Shown here in pieces: positions 9,608 through 21,049 of a stretch of DNA of 64,000 nt. The stretch lies in contig CAISEY010000302.1 in NCBI GenBank assembly GCA_903884435.1, positions 27,873-91,872 of the forward strand. Direction: 5' to 3'. Each line of letters starts with the position of its first letter. The stretch's first letter is position 1. The notes beneath the pieces are model-generated. The model worked only from the letters and a program-made list of their open reading frames with translations, did no database searches and was not told the DNA's origin. The translations under genes were made by a program, and so were the position numbers. Origin of the DNA: an uncultured Hyphomicrobiales bacterium. Lineage in GTDB: Bacteria > Pseudomonadota > Alphaproteobacteria > Rhizobiales > Beijerinckiaceae.

Positions 9608-10396
9608 ATGAGCAATTTGTTCGACCTCACGGGCAAGGTCGCTTTCGTCACGGGAGGCGCGAGCGGCCTTGGCTTCGCCATGGCGGAGGCCTTCGCGGAA
9701 GAAGGCGCGCATGTCGTGTTCGCCGACATTGACGCGCCGGGTCTCGAACGCGCGGTCGGACGGTTGACCCAGGCCGGGCTGAAGGCGGAAGGCGTCGTGC
9801 TCGACGTGCGGGAGCCCTCGCGCATTCGCGAGACCATCGAATCCGCCGCCGCGAAACACGGCAGACTCGACATCGTCGTCGCCAACGCCGGGATCAGCGG
9901 CGGGCCGCCGTTTTCGGAACCCGAGGGACAAATCGAAAACATCGACCTCGCGACCTGGGAAAACGTGATCCGGATCAACCAGACCGGCGTGTTCGCGACG
10001 ATGCAGGCGGCGGCGCGGGTGATGAAGCCGCGAGGGAGCGGGCGCATCATCGTCACCTGTTCGATCTCCGGCCTGCGAACCGGCGTGATCTCGGGATACA
10101 CCTACGCGGCGACGAAGGCCGCCGTCGTGCATCTCGTGCACCTCGCCGCGGTGGAGCTCGCGCCGTTCAACATCATGGTCAACGGCGTCGCGCCAGGGCC
10201 TTTCCTCACCAACATCGCGGGCGGACGCCTGCATCGCGAACCGGAGCGCGCCGCCTTCATGGCCGCGAGCGTGCCGTTGAAGCGCCTCGCGGACCCCGCG
10301 GAGATCAAGGGGCTCGCGCTGCTGCTGGCGTCGGACGCGTCGAGCTATCTGACGGGAACCGTGATCCCCGTCGATGGCGGCGCGACGGCGATGTAA
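9608..10396 (+). CDS. Short-chain dehydrogenase/reductase
   Basis: TGGASGLG, ANAG, YAATK, VAPG. Confidence 0.9.
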   Translation: MSNLFDLTGKVAFVTGGASGLGFAMAEAFAEEGAHVVFADIDAPGLERAVGRLTQAGLKAEGVVLDVREPSRIRETIESAAAKHGRLDIVVANAGISGGPPFSEPEGQIENIDLATWENVIRINQTGVFATMQAAARVMKPRGSGRIIVTCSISGLRTGVISGYTYAATKAAVVHLVHLAAVELAPFNIMVNGVAPGPFLTNIAGGRLHREPERAAFMAASVPLKRLADPAEIKGLALLLASDASSYLTGTVIPVDGGATAM

Positions 10397-10399
10397 CGC

Positions 10400-11524
10400 C
10401 TACAAATCGCGCACGTTCGGCAAGACCCGGTCGCGGAACAATTCCATGCCGCGCCGGACCGCCGAGTCCGGCATGTCGCCGATCTTCATGGTCATGTTGA
10501 ACACGCCGTTGTCCGTGGCGGCGTTGATCTTCTTCATCTGCTTCACGATGCTTTCCGGGCTGCCGCAAAGCACGGTGCCCGCTTCGATCTGCTCCTCGAG
10601 CGTGCGCTCCCGCAGCGTCGCGAGCCGCTTGTCGAAATATTGCTTCGAATCCGCCTCGCCGTAATAGCCGGTCTTCGTGAGAACCTCGGTCTGCGCCTCC
10701 CGTTGCGGACGCATCAGCACGCGATGAAAATAGTCGAGGCCGGAACGCATGATGGCGATGGCTTCGTCGTCGGTGTCCGCGATGACCGTCTGGTGTCCGG
10801 TGAGAATGTGATGTCGTTGCGGCTCCCAGCCGCGCGACCGGGCCTCGCTCCTGAAGAACTCGATGTTCTTGCGGGCGACGTCGAGATCGGCGATCAGCGT
10901 CATGCCCATGATCGCCTTGTGTTTGGCGGCCATGGCGGCGGTCTCCGGCGTCGCGGCCGACATCAGCAACGGCGGGTGGGGCCGCTGCATCGGGCGCGGC
11001 CAGATCGAGACCGACGGAAACTGGTAATGCTCGCCCTCCCAGCGGAAGGGCTCGTCGCTGGTCCAGCATTTCACGATGAGTTCCGCGGCCTCGTCGAGCC
11101 GCGACATGGATTCGTCGGGATTGACGTTGTAGGCGCGGTATTCATGGGGAATGCCGCGCATGAAACCGGCGATCAGCCGCCCGCCGCTCATCACGTCGAG
11201 CATCGCGTATTCCTCGGCGACGCGCACGGGATTGAGCAGGGGCACGAGATTGCCCAGCATCCCGAGCTTGATCTTGCCGGTGCGGTGCGCCAGCACGGAG
11301 CCAATGAGATTGCAGTTGGACATCAGCCCGTAGGGGCTGAAGTGATGCTCGTTGCAGCCCACCCAGTCAAAACCGCAGTCCTCGGCGTAGGCCATGTCGT
11401 CGACATAGGTCCTGTAAAGCGCCTGCGCCTTCGCCGGGTCGAACGTCTTGTTCGAAACCGGCCATGTCGTCGGCGGCTCGTCGCAATAGGTCCAGGGCAT
11501 CAGGTGGAAATAGTTGAACAGCAT
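10400..11524 (-). CDS. Luciferase-like (LLM) flavin-dependent monooxygenase
   Basis: AEDCGFD, NEHH, NPVRVAEEYAMLDVMSGGRL, PRPMQRPHPP. Confidence 0.88.
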   Translation of the reverse strand: MLFNYFHLMPWTYCDEPPTTWPVSNKTFDPAKAQALYRTYVDDMAYAEDCGFDWVGCNEHHFSPYGLMSNCNLIGSVLAHRTGKIKLGMLGNLVPLLNPVRVAEEYAMLDVMSGGRLIAGFMRGIPHEYRAYNVNPDESMSRLDEAAELIVKCWTSDEPFRWEGEHYQFPSVSIWPRPMQRPHPPLLMSAATPETAAMAAKHKAIMGMTLIADLDVARKNIEFFRSEARSRGWEPQRHHILTGHQTVIADTDDEAIAIMRSGLDYFHRVLMRPQREAQTEVLTKTGYYGEADSKQYFDKRLATLRERTLEEQIEAGTVLCGSPESIVKQMKKINAATDNGVFNMTMKIGDMPDSAVRRGMELFRDRVLPNVRDL

Positions 11525-11547
11525 GGCGGCTCCGGCGGGCAAGAAAA

Positions 11548-11577
11548 CGCCCTCCCTTCATGCGCGGAGGGAGGGCG
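11548..11577. repeat. Intergenic hairpin (REP-like / possible terminator)
   Basis: CGCCCTCCCT ... AGGGAGGGCG 10-bp perfect stem between the ECH and LLM genes. Confidence 0.55.
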
Positions 11578-11603
11578 GGAAACAACGCGGCAAAGCGCGC
11601 GTG

Positions 11604-12347
11604 TTATTTATGCGGTTCGGAACGCTTCATTTCCTTGGCCGAATTGACCATGGCGTGCAGGCTGCGCGCGAAGCTGACCGCCTTGCTCATGTCGATGGCC
11701 TGCGCGTTGACGCCATATTCCTTCACCGCGAGCACGGCGGGGCGCTTGAAGTGCAGCATCCGGTCGATGAAGGCCTGGGCGGCGGCGTCGAGTTCGGCCT
11801 CCGGCACGACCTCGCTGACCGCGCCGATCTCCATCGCCTTTTCCGCGGAAATCACCTTGCTCGTCCACACATGATACATCAGCGCCTTCATCGGCACGCG
11901 GTCGATCATCGACGACATGACCATGGTCGGCATGATGCCGTGGTTGAATTCGGGAATCGAGAATTTCGCCGTGTCGGCGGCGATGGTGATGTCGGCGGCG
12001 GCGGCGAGGGCGAAGCCGAATCCCGCCGCCTGGCCTTTCACCACCGCGAGAATCGGCGCCTTGCAGGCGCGGAAAATGCCGTAGCAGCGGAACACGTGAT
12101 CGCTGATGCCGCGCGTCTCCAGCGCGTCGAGGCCGGCGGGACGCGGCGCGCCCATCGAGGACCGGCCGACGCAGAAATCGGCGCCGGCGCCGCGGATCAC
12201 GATCAGGCGGACCTTGTCGCCTTCCTTTTCCACGAGATCGGCGAGCTCGACGATCATCGGATCGCTCATGCCATTGCCGCGCCCGGGCTGGTTGATGGTG
12301 ATGTCGAGCACCTCGCCCGAGTTTTTGATGATGAAATCGTCGCTCAT
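11604..12347 (-). CDS. Enoyl-CoA hydratase/isomerase (crotonase) family protein
   Basis: GADFCVG, KAPILAVVKGQAAGFG, FSIPEFNHGIMP. Confidence 0.85.
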   Translation of the reverse strand: MSDDFIIKNSGEVLDITINQPGRGNGMSDPMIVELADLVEKEGDKVRLIVIRGAGADFCVGRSSMGAPRPAGLDALETRGISDHVFRCYGIFRACKAPILAVVKGQAAGFGFALAAAADITIAADTAKFSIPEFNHGIMPTMVMSSMIDRVPMKALMYHVWTSKVISAEKAMEIGAVSEVVPEAELDAAAQAFIDRMLHFKRPAVLAVKEYGVNAQAIDMSKAVSFARSLHAMVNSAKEMKRSEPHK

Positions 12348-12444
12348 GAATTCCTCCCGATGACGGCGGCGCGCCGGCGGACGCGGCTGCGCCCGGCTTC
12401 GGGAAACCTGTTAGCGCGGATCGCCGGGGCGGTCCACGGGGACT

Positions 12445-13092
12445 TTATTTCACGAGACTGGCGGGATCGGCGCGCCGGAACGCCGGCAATTGCGCGCAGG
12501 CGTTGGCGATGCGCTCGACAACGGGCCAGGCGGCGACGCCATTTCCCATCGAGCGCGCGTTGCCCACTTGCGGCACGAGAAAGCAATCGGCGAGGCCGGG
12601 CGTGTCGCCATGACAAAACCGGCCTGTGAAGGGAGAGTTCGCGAGCAGCGCCTCGAGGGCGTCGAAGCCGGCGGCGCTCCATTTCTCAATCCATTTCGCC
12701 ATGGCCCGCGGATCGTCCGGATGCGCGTCGCGAACATGGTTGCGCACGCGCAGATTGTTGACGGGGTGAATGTCGCAGGCGACGATCATGGCGAGCGCGC
12801 GAACGCGGGCGCGCTGCTCCGGATCCTTCGGCAGCAAGGCGGGCTCCGGATTCGTCTCTTCCAGATATTCGATGATCGCGAGAGACTGGCGCAGCACCGC
12901 TCCGCCCGGCGTGCGGAGGGAGGGCACGAGTTGCTGCGGATTGACGCGCTTGTAGCTATCGGCGTTCTGTTCGCCCTTGTTCAGGTCATGAAAGATTTCG
13001 CGATAGGAAACGCCCTTGAGTTCAAGGGCGATCCTCGCGCGCCACGCGGCGGAAGAGCGCACCGCGCCATAGAGCACGAGTTCCCGCGTCAT
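12445..13092 (-). CDS. maiA: Zeta-class GST: maleylacetoacetate/maleylpyruvate isomerase
   Basis: RSSAAWRARIAL, NPQQLVP, QSLAIIEYLEE, ACDIHPVNNLRV, ADCFLVPQV. Confidence 0.85.
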   Translation of the reverse strand: MTRELVLYGAVRSSAAWRARIALELKGVSYREIFHDLNKGEQNADSYKRVNPQQLVPSLRTPGGAVLRQSLAIIEYLEETNPEPALLPKDPEQRARVRALAMIVACDIHPVNNLRVRNHVRDAHPDDPRAMAKWIEKWSAAGFDALEALLANSPFTGRFCHGDTPGLADCFLVPQVGNARSMGNGVAAWPVVERIANACAQLPAFRRADPASLVK

Positions 13093-13149
13093 CGTGTCCT
13101 CCCGCCCGGCCCGCCGCCCGAAACGGGCGCGACCAAAGGCCCGACCGTC

Positions 13150-14169
13150 CTATTTGAAAATGTCGGTCGCGCGCTTCAACATGATTTCCCGGTCGTCGGC
13201 CGCCACCGCGCCCATCAGCCTGACCTGCGCGAAACGCTTCGCGTCGGGATCGTCCAGCTTCTCGACGACGCCGCCGACCACGGTGCCCATCCAGGCCCTG
13301 GCGTAGGTCACTTGCGACTCCGTCTCGATGAGGTGGTTCATGAACAGTCGCCCCGCGTTGGGGTGCGGCGCGCCGCGCAACATCGCGCCCTGAATCGGCG
13401 TGTAGGGACAACCATCCTCGGGGGTGACGACCTTCGCCGGCAAGCCCTTGATGGCGGACGCGAAGGCGATGATCTGGTTGATGAACAGCGGAAACTCGCC
13501 GCGCGCCGTCCGCCGCGTGTTTTCCTGAAGGTCGCGGCCGATGGCCATGTTCTGCGCCTTCAGCTTCTCGAAATAATCGGCGCCATAGGTCTTGTAGAGA
13601 ACGGCGAAGATCGTCTGCCCGGTTCCCACCGCGCGCATGTCGTCGGTGAGGATTTTGCCCTTCCACCTCGGATCGAGCAGGTCGAGCCAGGTCTTCGGCT
13701 CGTCCTCGGGCTTCACGAGATTCGTGTTCGCCAGCATGCAGGCGACCTGCACCCAGGCGGGGACCGACCATTTGTTCGGCGCGAAGGGGGCGCGAATGTT
13801 CTTCTCGTTGGGCACGCCGCCGTGTTCGGCGATGAAACCGTCGGCGCGTTGCAGCACGATCGAGGCCTCGCCGTGGAATTCGATGTCGGCGACGAAGCGG
13901 CCCGACACCTGTTCGACGCGGATGCGCTCCTGCATCTCGCTCGCCCGCGCGTCGAATTCCTGCACCTTGATCCCGTATTTGTCCTCGAAGGACTTCACCA
14001 CCGCCTTCCAGTGCGGCGCGCCGAGCTGTGCGTGGTAGACGGAAACGGCGCCTTCCTTTTTCGCGGCCTCGACGACCTTGTTCCAGTCCTGTTCCTGCGC
14101 CGCCGCCGCGGAAAAGATCCCGCCGGCGACCGCCATCGCGGGAAAAAGTCCCGACCAGACGAAATTCAT
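13150..14169 (-). CDS. ABC substrate-binding protein (AfuA/Fe3+-thiamine-like family)
   Basis: Signal peptide; AAKKEGAV, NTNLV..PKTWLDLLDPRWKGK, APHPNAGRLF. Confidence 0.85.
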   Translation of the reverse strand: MNFVWSGLFPAMAVAGGIFSAAAAQEQDWNKVVEAAKKEGAVSVYHAQLGAPHWKAVVKSFEDKYGIKVQEFDARASEMQERIRVEQVSGRFVADIEFHGEASIVLQRADGFIAEHGGVPNEKNIRAPFAPNKWSVPAWVQVACMLANTNLVKPEDEPKTWLDLLDPRWKGKILTDDMRAVGTGQTIFAVLYKTYGADYFEKLKAQNMAIGRDLQENTRRTARGEFPLFINQIIAFASAIKGLPAKVVTPEDGCPYTPIQGAMLRGAPHPNAGRLFMNHLIETESQVTYARAWMGTVVGGVVEKLDDPDAKRFAQVRLMGAVAADDREIMLKRATDIFK

Positions 14170-14347
14170 GTCGTATCCCTTCCCTCGCGCCGCCGGCTGC
14201 GTTGGCCGGCGTCGTCCAAAAAATCCGCGGGGCCGGCCCGGTTGGACCCGGCCAAACAGAATATGTTAGTTCTAGCCGAACTCGACGAACGCGGAAACAG
14301 CCGCACGACATTCGCCGCCTGATTCAGGCGACATGGAGGGAATTCGC

Positions 14348-15484
14348 ATGAGTCTGGCGTCGCCAGAGACCGGGGTTTCGGCGGGCGCCCGCTCCGGGGG
14401 GCGCAGTGTTTTCGGACCTCCGGCGATCGATTGCGACGCCCACGCGAGCGTCCCGTCGATCAAGGCCCTGATGCCCTATCTCGACGCCTACTGGCGTCAG
14501 CAATTCACGACCCGCGGCATCGACCGGCTGAGCTGGAACCTCACGAGCGATCCACCCAACGCGCCGATTTCCGGCCGGCCCGACTGGCGCCCGAAGGAGG
14601 GCCGCCCGGGAACCAGTCTCGATCTCCTGCGTGAAAAGGTGCTCGACGGCTTCGGCGTGAGCCACGCCATTTTGACTTGCGTCTACGGCGGCGCGGCGCT
14701 GCACAGCGAGGACATGGCCGCCGTCGTGTGCCGCGCGATGAATGAATGGATGGCGAAGGAATGGCTCGACCGGGAGCCGCGTCTTCGCGCCTCGATCGTC
14801 GTGCCGCTGAACAATCCCGACCTCGCGGCCGAGGAAATCGAGCGGTGCGCCGGAGATCCCCGCTTCGTCCAGGTCTCGATGCTGGCCGCCGCCGGCGAGC
14901 CGCTGGGCAAGCGCCATCACTGGCCGATTTATCGCGCCGCCGAAAAGCATGGCTTGCCCGTCGCGATCCACGCCGGAAGCCTCTACCATCATCCGCCGAT
15001 GGCCAATGGCTACGGCTCCTATTTTCTCGAGGATTACGTGGCGCAGGCCTTCGCCTTCGAGAGCGCCGTGCTGAGCCTCGTCAGCGAAGGGGTTTTCGCG
15101 AAGTTTCCGTCGCTGAAAATCGTGTTTCAGGAATCCGGCGTCACCTGGCTGCCCGCCGCCCTGTGGCGGTTCAACAAGACCTGGCGCGGCGTGCGCGCCG
15201 AGATTCCCTGGGTCAAGCGCGCGCCCTCGGAAATCGTGCGCGATCACATTCGCCTGACGCTGCAGCCCTTCGACGCGCCCGACGGCGCGAGGCGGCTGGA
15301 GCGCTTCTGCGAGCAGATGGGCTCCGACCGCATGATTTTGTTTTCCACCGATTTTCCGCACTGGCACTACGAGGGAACCGACGCGCTCCCCGTCGATCCC
15401 GCCAGCGACCTCGCCCGCGGGATTCTCTTCGACAATCCGCGCGACACCTATCGTCGTCTCGATTTGCAAGAGGCGCTCGCATGA
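14348..15484 (+). CDS. Amidohydrolase-fold subunit 1 of cassette A (AibH1-like, putative oxygenase partner subunit)
   Basis: GGAGGG RBS before ATG 14348; IDCDAH, AIHAG, QESG, FSTDFPHWH; translationally coupled to the next gene. Confidence 0.8.
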   Translation: MSLASPETGVSAGARSGGRSVFGPPAIDCDAHASVPSIKALMPYLDAYWRQQFTTRGIDRLSWNLTSDPPNAPISGRPDWRPKEGRPGTSLDLLREKVLDGFGVSHAILTCVYGGAALHSEDMAAVVCRAMNEWMAKEWLDREPRLRASIVVPLNNPDLAAEEIERCAGDPRFVQVSMLAAAGEPLGKRHHWPIYRAAEKHGLPVAIHAGSLYHHPPMANGYGSYFLEDYVAQAFAFESAVLSLVSEGVFAKFPSLKIVFQESGVTWLPAALWRFNKTWRGVRAEIPWVKRAPSEIVRDHIRLTLQPFDAPDGARRLERFCEQMGSDRMILFSTDFPHWHYEGTDALPVDPASDLARGILFDNPRDTYRRLDLQEALA

Positions 15485-16602
15485 CCACGGAAATTCTCGA
15501 ACGCCCGCCGCGCGAACGCGGCGCGCCCGCTCGATCAAAACTCGCGGTCGTCGATTGCGACATCCATCCGCAAGCGGCGAAGCCGGACGAATTGTTCCCG
15601 TTCCTGCCGGAACGCTGGCGCGACTACGTGCGAACGTATGGCGGCTTCTATCGCCAGCCGCTCGCCGACACGCTGTCGCATCCGCGCATGGCGCCCGACG
15701 TGGCGCGCGCCGATTCCTGGCCGCCGAACGGCAAGCCGCCGGGCTCCGATCTCGAATTCATGCAAATGCAGCATCTCGACGCCAACAACGTCGAACATGG
15801 AATGCTGATGCCGCTCAACCGCGGCCCCGGCAACCAGCGAAACCTCGAATTCGGCGCGACGCTGGCGGGCGCGGTCAACGACTGGCAGATCGCCAACTGG
15901 GTCGAGCGCGACGCCCGGCTTCACGCCTCGATCGTGGTGACGCAGGAACACCCGCCCTTCGCCATCGCCGAGATTGAAAAGCGCGCCGGCGACCGGCGTT
16001 TTTCGCAAATCATGCTGCCGCCCAAGTGCCTCGAGCCGCACGGCCGCCGGCGCTACTGGCCCATTTACGAGGCCGCGGTCGCCGCGAACCTGCCGCTCGC
16101 GCTGCATGTCGGCGGCATCAATGGCTATCCGCCGACGGCGAGCGGCTGGCCCTCCTATTACATCGAGGAGCAGCACACCAACGTGCAGGGCATGCAGGGC
16201 CTCGTCACCAGCATGGTGATCGAGGGCGTGTTCGAGCAATTCCCGACGTTGAAGGTCGTGCTGGTCGAGGGCGGCGTCGCCTGGGCGCCGGCGCTGAAAT
16301 GGCGCCTCGACAAACACTGGAGGCGCCTCAGGAGCGAGGCGCCGCACCTGAAGCGCCTTCCCTCCGAATATATCCACGATCACTTCTGGTTCACGACGCA
16401 ACCGCTCGACGAACCGGATTCCGACATGGACCTCGTCGAGGCCTTCGAAATGGTCGGCGTGGACCGGATCATGTTCTCGACGGACTATCCGCACTGGGAC
16501 TTCGACGAACCGCGCTTCGTCGTCGGCAAGCTGAAATTGAGCGAGGACAAAATGCGGCGCATTTTCCGCGACAACGCCCGCGAACTCTACGGATTGTCAT
16601 GA
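15481..16602 (+). CDS. Amidohydrolase-fold subunit 2 of cassette A (AibH2/PtmU3-like dinuclear oxygenase candidate)
   Basis: ATGA overlap; VDCDIH, LHVGG, VEGG, FTTQP, FSTDYPHWD. Confidence 0.8.
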   Translation: MTTEILERPPRERGAPARSKLAVVDCDIHPQAAKPDELFPFLPERWRDYVRTYGGFYRQPLADTLSHPRMAPDVARADSWPPNGKPPGSDLEFMQMQHLDANNVEHGMLMPLNRGPGNQRNLEFGATLAGAVNDWQIANWVERDARLHASIVVTQEHPPFAIAEIEKRAGDRRFSQIMLPPKCLEPHGRRRYWPIYEAAVAANLPLALHVGGINGYPPTASGWPSYYIEEQHTNVQGMQGLVTSMVIEGVFEQFPTLKVVLVEGGVAWAPALKWRLDKHWRRLRSEAPHLKRLPSEYIHDHFWFTTQPLDEPDSDMDLVEAFEMVGVDRIMFSTDYPHWDFDEPRFVVGKLKLSEDKMRRIFRDNARELYGLS

Positions 16603-17018
16603 GCAGGAAACGTCACGTGGTCGCGACCGTCGACGAGGTCGCGCCTGGAGCCTCGAAACGCGTCACCGTCGCGGGCCGCGACATCGCGCTGTTCAACCTC
16701 GGCGGCGAGTTCTTCGCGCTCGCCAACAAATGCCCGCACGAAAGCGGCTCGCTGTGCGATGGCAGGATCATCGGCCTCGCCATGGCCGACGAGCCCGGAA
16801 AATACCGCCTCCTGCGGGATGGCGAATTCGTCAAGTGCTCCTGGCATGGCTGGGAGTTCGACATACGCACCGGACAATCGTGGTGCGACCCGTCGAACAC
16901 GCGCGTGCGCGCCTACGACACGGCGGTTGAGAAGGGCGAGGCTGTCGTCAAGGGCCCCTACGTGGCCGAGACCTTCCCGGTCGCCATCGAGCAAAACTAC
17001 GTCATTGTCGAAATCTAG
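16599..17018 (+). CDS. Rieske [2Fe-2S] ferredoxin (cassette A)
   Basis: ATGA overlap; CPH-x32-CSWHGWEFD. Confidence 0.9.
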   Translation: MSRKRHVVATVDEVAPGASKRVTVAGRDIALFNLGGEFFALANKCPHESGSLCDGRIIGLAMADEPGKYRLLRDGEFVKCSWHGWEFDIRTGQSWCDPSNTRVRAYDTAVEKGEAVVKGPYVAETFPVAIEQNYVIVEI

Positions 17019-17033
17019 AGAGAGCCAGTCGCG

Positions 17034-18797
17034 ATGACCGAACAGACGATCGGAAACCTCCCCGGCTCCGCGGGACCCGCGAGGGCGCGCGTGCTGAACC
17101 GCGGCGGGTTCCGGCAACGCTTTCTCGAGGGGCGCACCGTCGGCGTCGCGGCGCTGATCGCGATTCTCGGATTCCTCACGCTCTATCCCTTCGGGATGCT
17201 GCTTTATGGCAGCCTGCACTCGACGCCGCCCGGCATGGCCGGGGAGTTCAACCTGCATGGCTACGCGGAAGTCTTTTCCGCGCCGGCGATGCTGATCCTG
17301 CTGAACACCGTGGGCATCTCCCTCGCGAAAACAATTCCCTCGCTCACCCTGGCTGTGTTTCTCGCCTGGATCATCGCGCGCACGGACACGCCCTGGGCCA
17401 GCAAGCTGGAAGTGCTGATCACCCTGCCGTTTTTCATTCCGCCCATTCTCACGGCCATGGCCTGGGCTATGCTCGGCAATCCACAGGTTGGCTTGCTCAA
17501 CACGTTGTGGAAATGGATGACGGGATCGACGACCTCGCCGATCAACGTCTATTCCTATGGCGGCGTCGTCTGGCACATGATCCAGTATTCGACGCCATTC
17601 CTGTTCCTGTTCATCGTCGATATCTTCCGCGCCATGGACCCCGCGCTGGAGGAATCGAGCCGCATGTGCGGGGCCTCGCGCTGGCGCACCTTTCGGAACA
17701 TCACCCTCGTGCTGATGATGCCGGCGCTGACGAATTCGTTCATTCTCAGCTTCATCCGTGGCATGGAGAATTTCGAATCGCCGCTGTTCTTCGGCACGCC
17801 CGCCAAGATCACCGTGATGACGACGGAAATCTACAATTCCATCAACCATCACGCGACGCCCGACTATCAATACGCCACGGCCATCGGTTTCACGGCGATG
17901 ATTTTGATGTTCGCGCTGGTGTTCATGCAGTGGCGCATTCTGCGTGGCCGCACTTTCACCACCGTCACCGGCAAGGGCTACCAGCCGAAAGTCATGAAGC
18001 TGGGAAAGTGGCGCTGGGCGACCTTCGCCTTTTGCATCCTGTTTTTCTTCGTCACCGTGATCCTGCCGGTGAGCCAGTTGTTCATCGGCTCGTTCTTTCG
18101 CTTCTTCGGCTTCTACCAGTGGGACATGCTGACGCTGGAGCATTACCGCAACGTGTTTTCCTCCAGCGAAATCTGGCGTGGATTCATCAACACCATGCTG
18201 CTCGGCCTGCTGGGCGCGAGCCTGACCATGGCTCTGGGATCCATCGTCGCCTACATCTCCATCCGCACGAAATGGCGGGGCCGCCGATTGATCGACGCCC
18301 TCGCCTGGCTGCCATGGATGATGCCCGGGATGGTGCTCGGCATCGGCTTCCTCTGGGCTTTCGCGATGCTGCCGGGCCCGATCCCGATTTATGGCACGAT
18401 CTGGGCGTTGCTGCTCGCCTACATCACTCTGGGCACGCCCGTTTCCGTGCGCGTGATGACCGGCGCCTACGCGCAGCTTTCCTTCGATCTCGAGGAATGT
18501 TCCCGCGTCCACGGCGCGACGTTTTTCCAGACGCTCTGGCGCATTCTCGTGGCGCTTGCGTGGCCATCCTTCGCGGTGGGCTGGGTGCTGACCTTCTTCA
18601 TGATCATGCGCGAATTGTCCGCCTCGATCCTGCTGTATTCCGTGGGATCCGAGGTTCTGTCCGTGGTGCTGATGAAACTGTGGGCCAACGGCCTCGCCGA
18701 ACAGGTCAGCGTCATCGGACTCATGATGATGCTGCTCGTCATCGCGTTCCGCTGGCTGCAATTGAGCGTCCTGAAACGCCACATCAGCACGTTGTGA
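17034..18797 (+). CDS. ABC transporter permease (FbpB/AfuB-type, two fused TM domains)
   Basis: 587 aa hydrophobic; two EAA-like loops LEESSRMCGAS and LEECSRVHGAT. Confidence 0.9.
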   Translation: MTEQTIGNLPGSAGPARARVLNRGGFRQRFLEGRTVGVAALIAILGFLTLYPFGMLLYGSLHSTPPGMAGEFNLHGYAEVFSAPAMLILLNTVGISLAKTIPSLTLAVFLAWIIARTDTPWASKLEVLITLPFFIPPILTAMAWAMLGNPQVGLLNTLWKWMTGSTTSPINVYSYGGVVWHMIQYSTPFLFLFIVDIFRAMDPALEESSRMCGASRWRTFRNITLVLMMPALTNSFILSFIRGMENFESPLFFGTPAKITVMTTEIYNSINHHATPDYQYATAIGFTAMILMFALVFMQWRILRGRTFTTVTGKGYQPKVMKLGKWRWATFAFCILFFFVTVILPVSQLFIGSFFRFFGFYQWDMLTLEHYRNVFSSSEIWRGFINTMLLGLLGASLTMALGSIVAYISIRTKWRGRRLIDALAWLPWMMPGMVLGIGFLWAFAMLPGPIPIYGTIWALLLAYITLGTPVSVRVMTGAYAQLSFDLEECSRVHGATFFQTLWRILVALAWPSFAVGWVLTFFMIMRELSASILLYSVGSEVLSVVLMKLWANGLAEQVSVIGLMMMLLVIAFRWLQLSVLKRHISTL

Positions 18798-18843
18798 GAA
18801 AACGGGAGCGCCTCGACGCGAGGCCGCTCCGGGAGTTCGGACG

Positions 18844-19848
18844 ATGAGAATAATTCTGGCGGCGATCGCGGCGATGTTGACGCTCCCGGCGCCCGCGCGC
18901 GCCGAGGAGATCGAACAGGCCGCCATCGACGCCGCGAAGAAGGAAGGAAAGGTGTCGCTGTACACCTCCTTCATCGGCAATCCGCTGCACATGAACGTCG
19001 TGAAGACCTTCGAGCAAAAATACGGGATCTCCGTCGAGGTCTACGACGCGCGCGCGACCGAGATCAACGAACGCGTCCGCACGGAACAGACGACGGGCCG
19101 CTATCTCGCCGACGTTTTCCAGAACGGGCAGGCGACGCTGGAGCGGCTGGAGAAGGAGCAGGGCATCCTGCAACCCTCCGGCGACCTGCCGAACGCGAAG
19201 TTTCTGCGGGCGGCGCATCCCGCGACCGCGACGCGCGCGCCAAGCTATATCCTTGGCTACGGAATCCTCGCCAACGTCAATCTCGTCAAGCCGGACGACG
19301 AGCCCAAAAGCTGGACCGACCTCGCCGATCCCCGCTGGAAGGGCAAGATCATGTCGGACGACATGCGAGCCGCGGGCGGCGGCGCGATCCTGTTCGCCGC
19401 GACCCACGACGCGCTTGGCGCCGATTTTCATCGCAAGCTCGCGCTCAACGACATCGTTTTCAGCCGCGATGTCGGCGTCGACGAAAAGCGCGTCGCGGCC
19501 GGCGAGTTTCCCCTGCGGATGCCGCAACTCATTTCCAACATGCTGTTGCTGAAGGGACTGCCGGTGCGGTTCGTCATGCCTCGCGAGGGCGCGCCCTACG
19601 TGCGCTTCGACCTCGCCGTGCTGAAGAACGCGCCGCACCCCAACGCCGCGCGACTGTTCATCAATCATTACCTGAGCGAACAGGCGCAGGTCATGTACGC
19701 CAACGGCGCGTTGATCCCGGTGATCGAGGGCGCCGCGGCGAAGGCGAGCGCCGAAACGCGCGCTTTCGCAAGCGTGAAACTGATGGGCACGACGAAGCCG
19801 GAGACGCAGGAAGCCATGTACGCTCTTGCGAAGGACATTTACAAATAA
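18844..19848 (+). CDS. ABC substrate-binding protein (AfuA-like)
   Basis: Signal peptide; AAKKEGKV, PKSWTDLADPRWKGK, NAPHPNAARLF. Confidence 0.85.
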   Translation: MRIILAAIAAMLTLPAPARAEEIEQAAIDAAKKEGKVSLYTSFIGNPLHMNVVKTFEQKYGISVEVYDARATEINERVRTEQTTGRYLADVFQNGQATLERLEKEQGILQPSGDLPNAKFLRAAHPATATRAPSYILGYGILANVNLVKPDDEPKSWTDLADPRWKGKIMSDDMRAAGGGAILFAATHDALGADFHRKLALNDIVFSRDVGVDEKRVAAGEFPLRMPQLISNMLLLKGLPVRFVMPREGAPYVRFDLAVLKNAPHPNAARLFINHYLSEQAQVMYANGALIPVIEGAAAKASAETRAFASVKLMGTTKPETQEAMYALAKDIYK

Positions 19849-19878
19849 TCCCGGGACACGGGTTCGGAGCACGATTGA

Positions 19879-20967
<1,089 letters not shown>

Positions 20968-21049
20968 CGAAAAGCCCGCCGGGCCGCGATGGATCGGCGT
21001 TGATGGCGAGGCTACAATCGCGACGCGAATTCAGAGGACCGGAAACAGG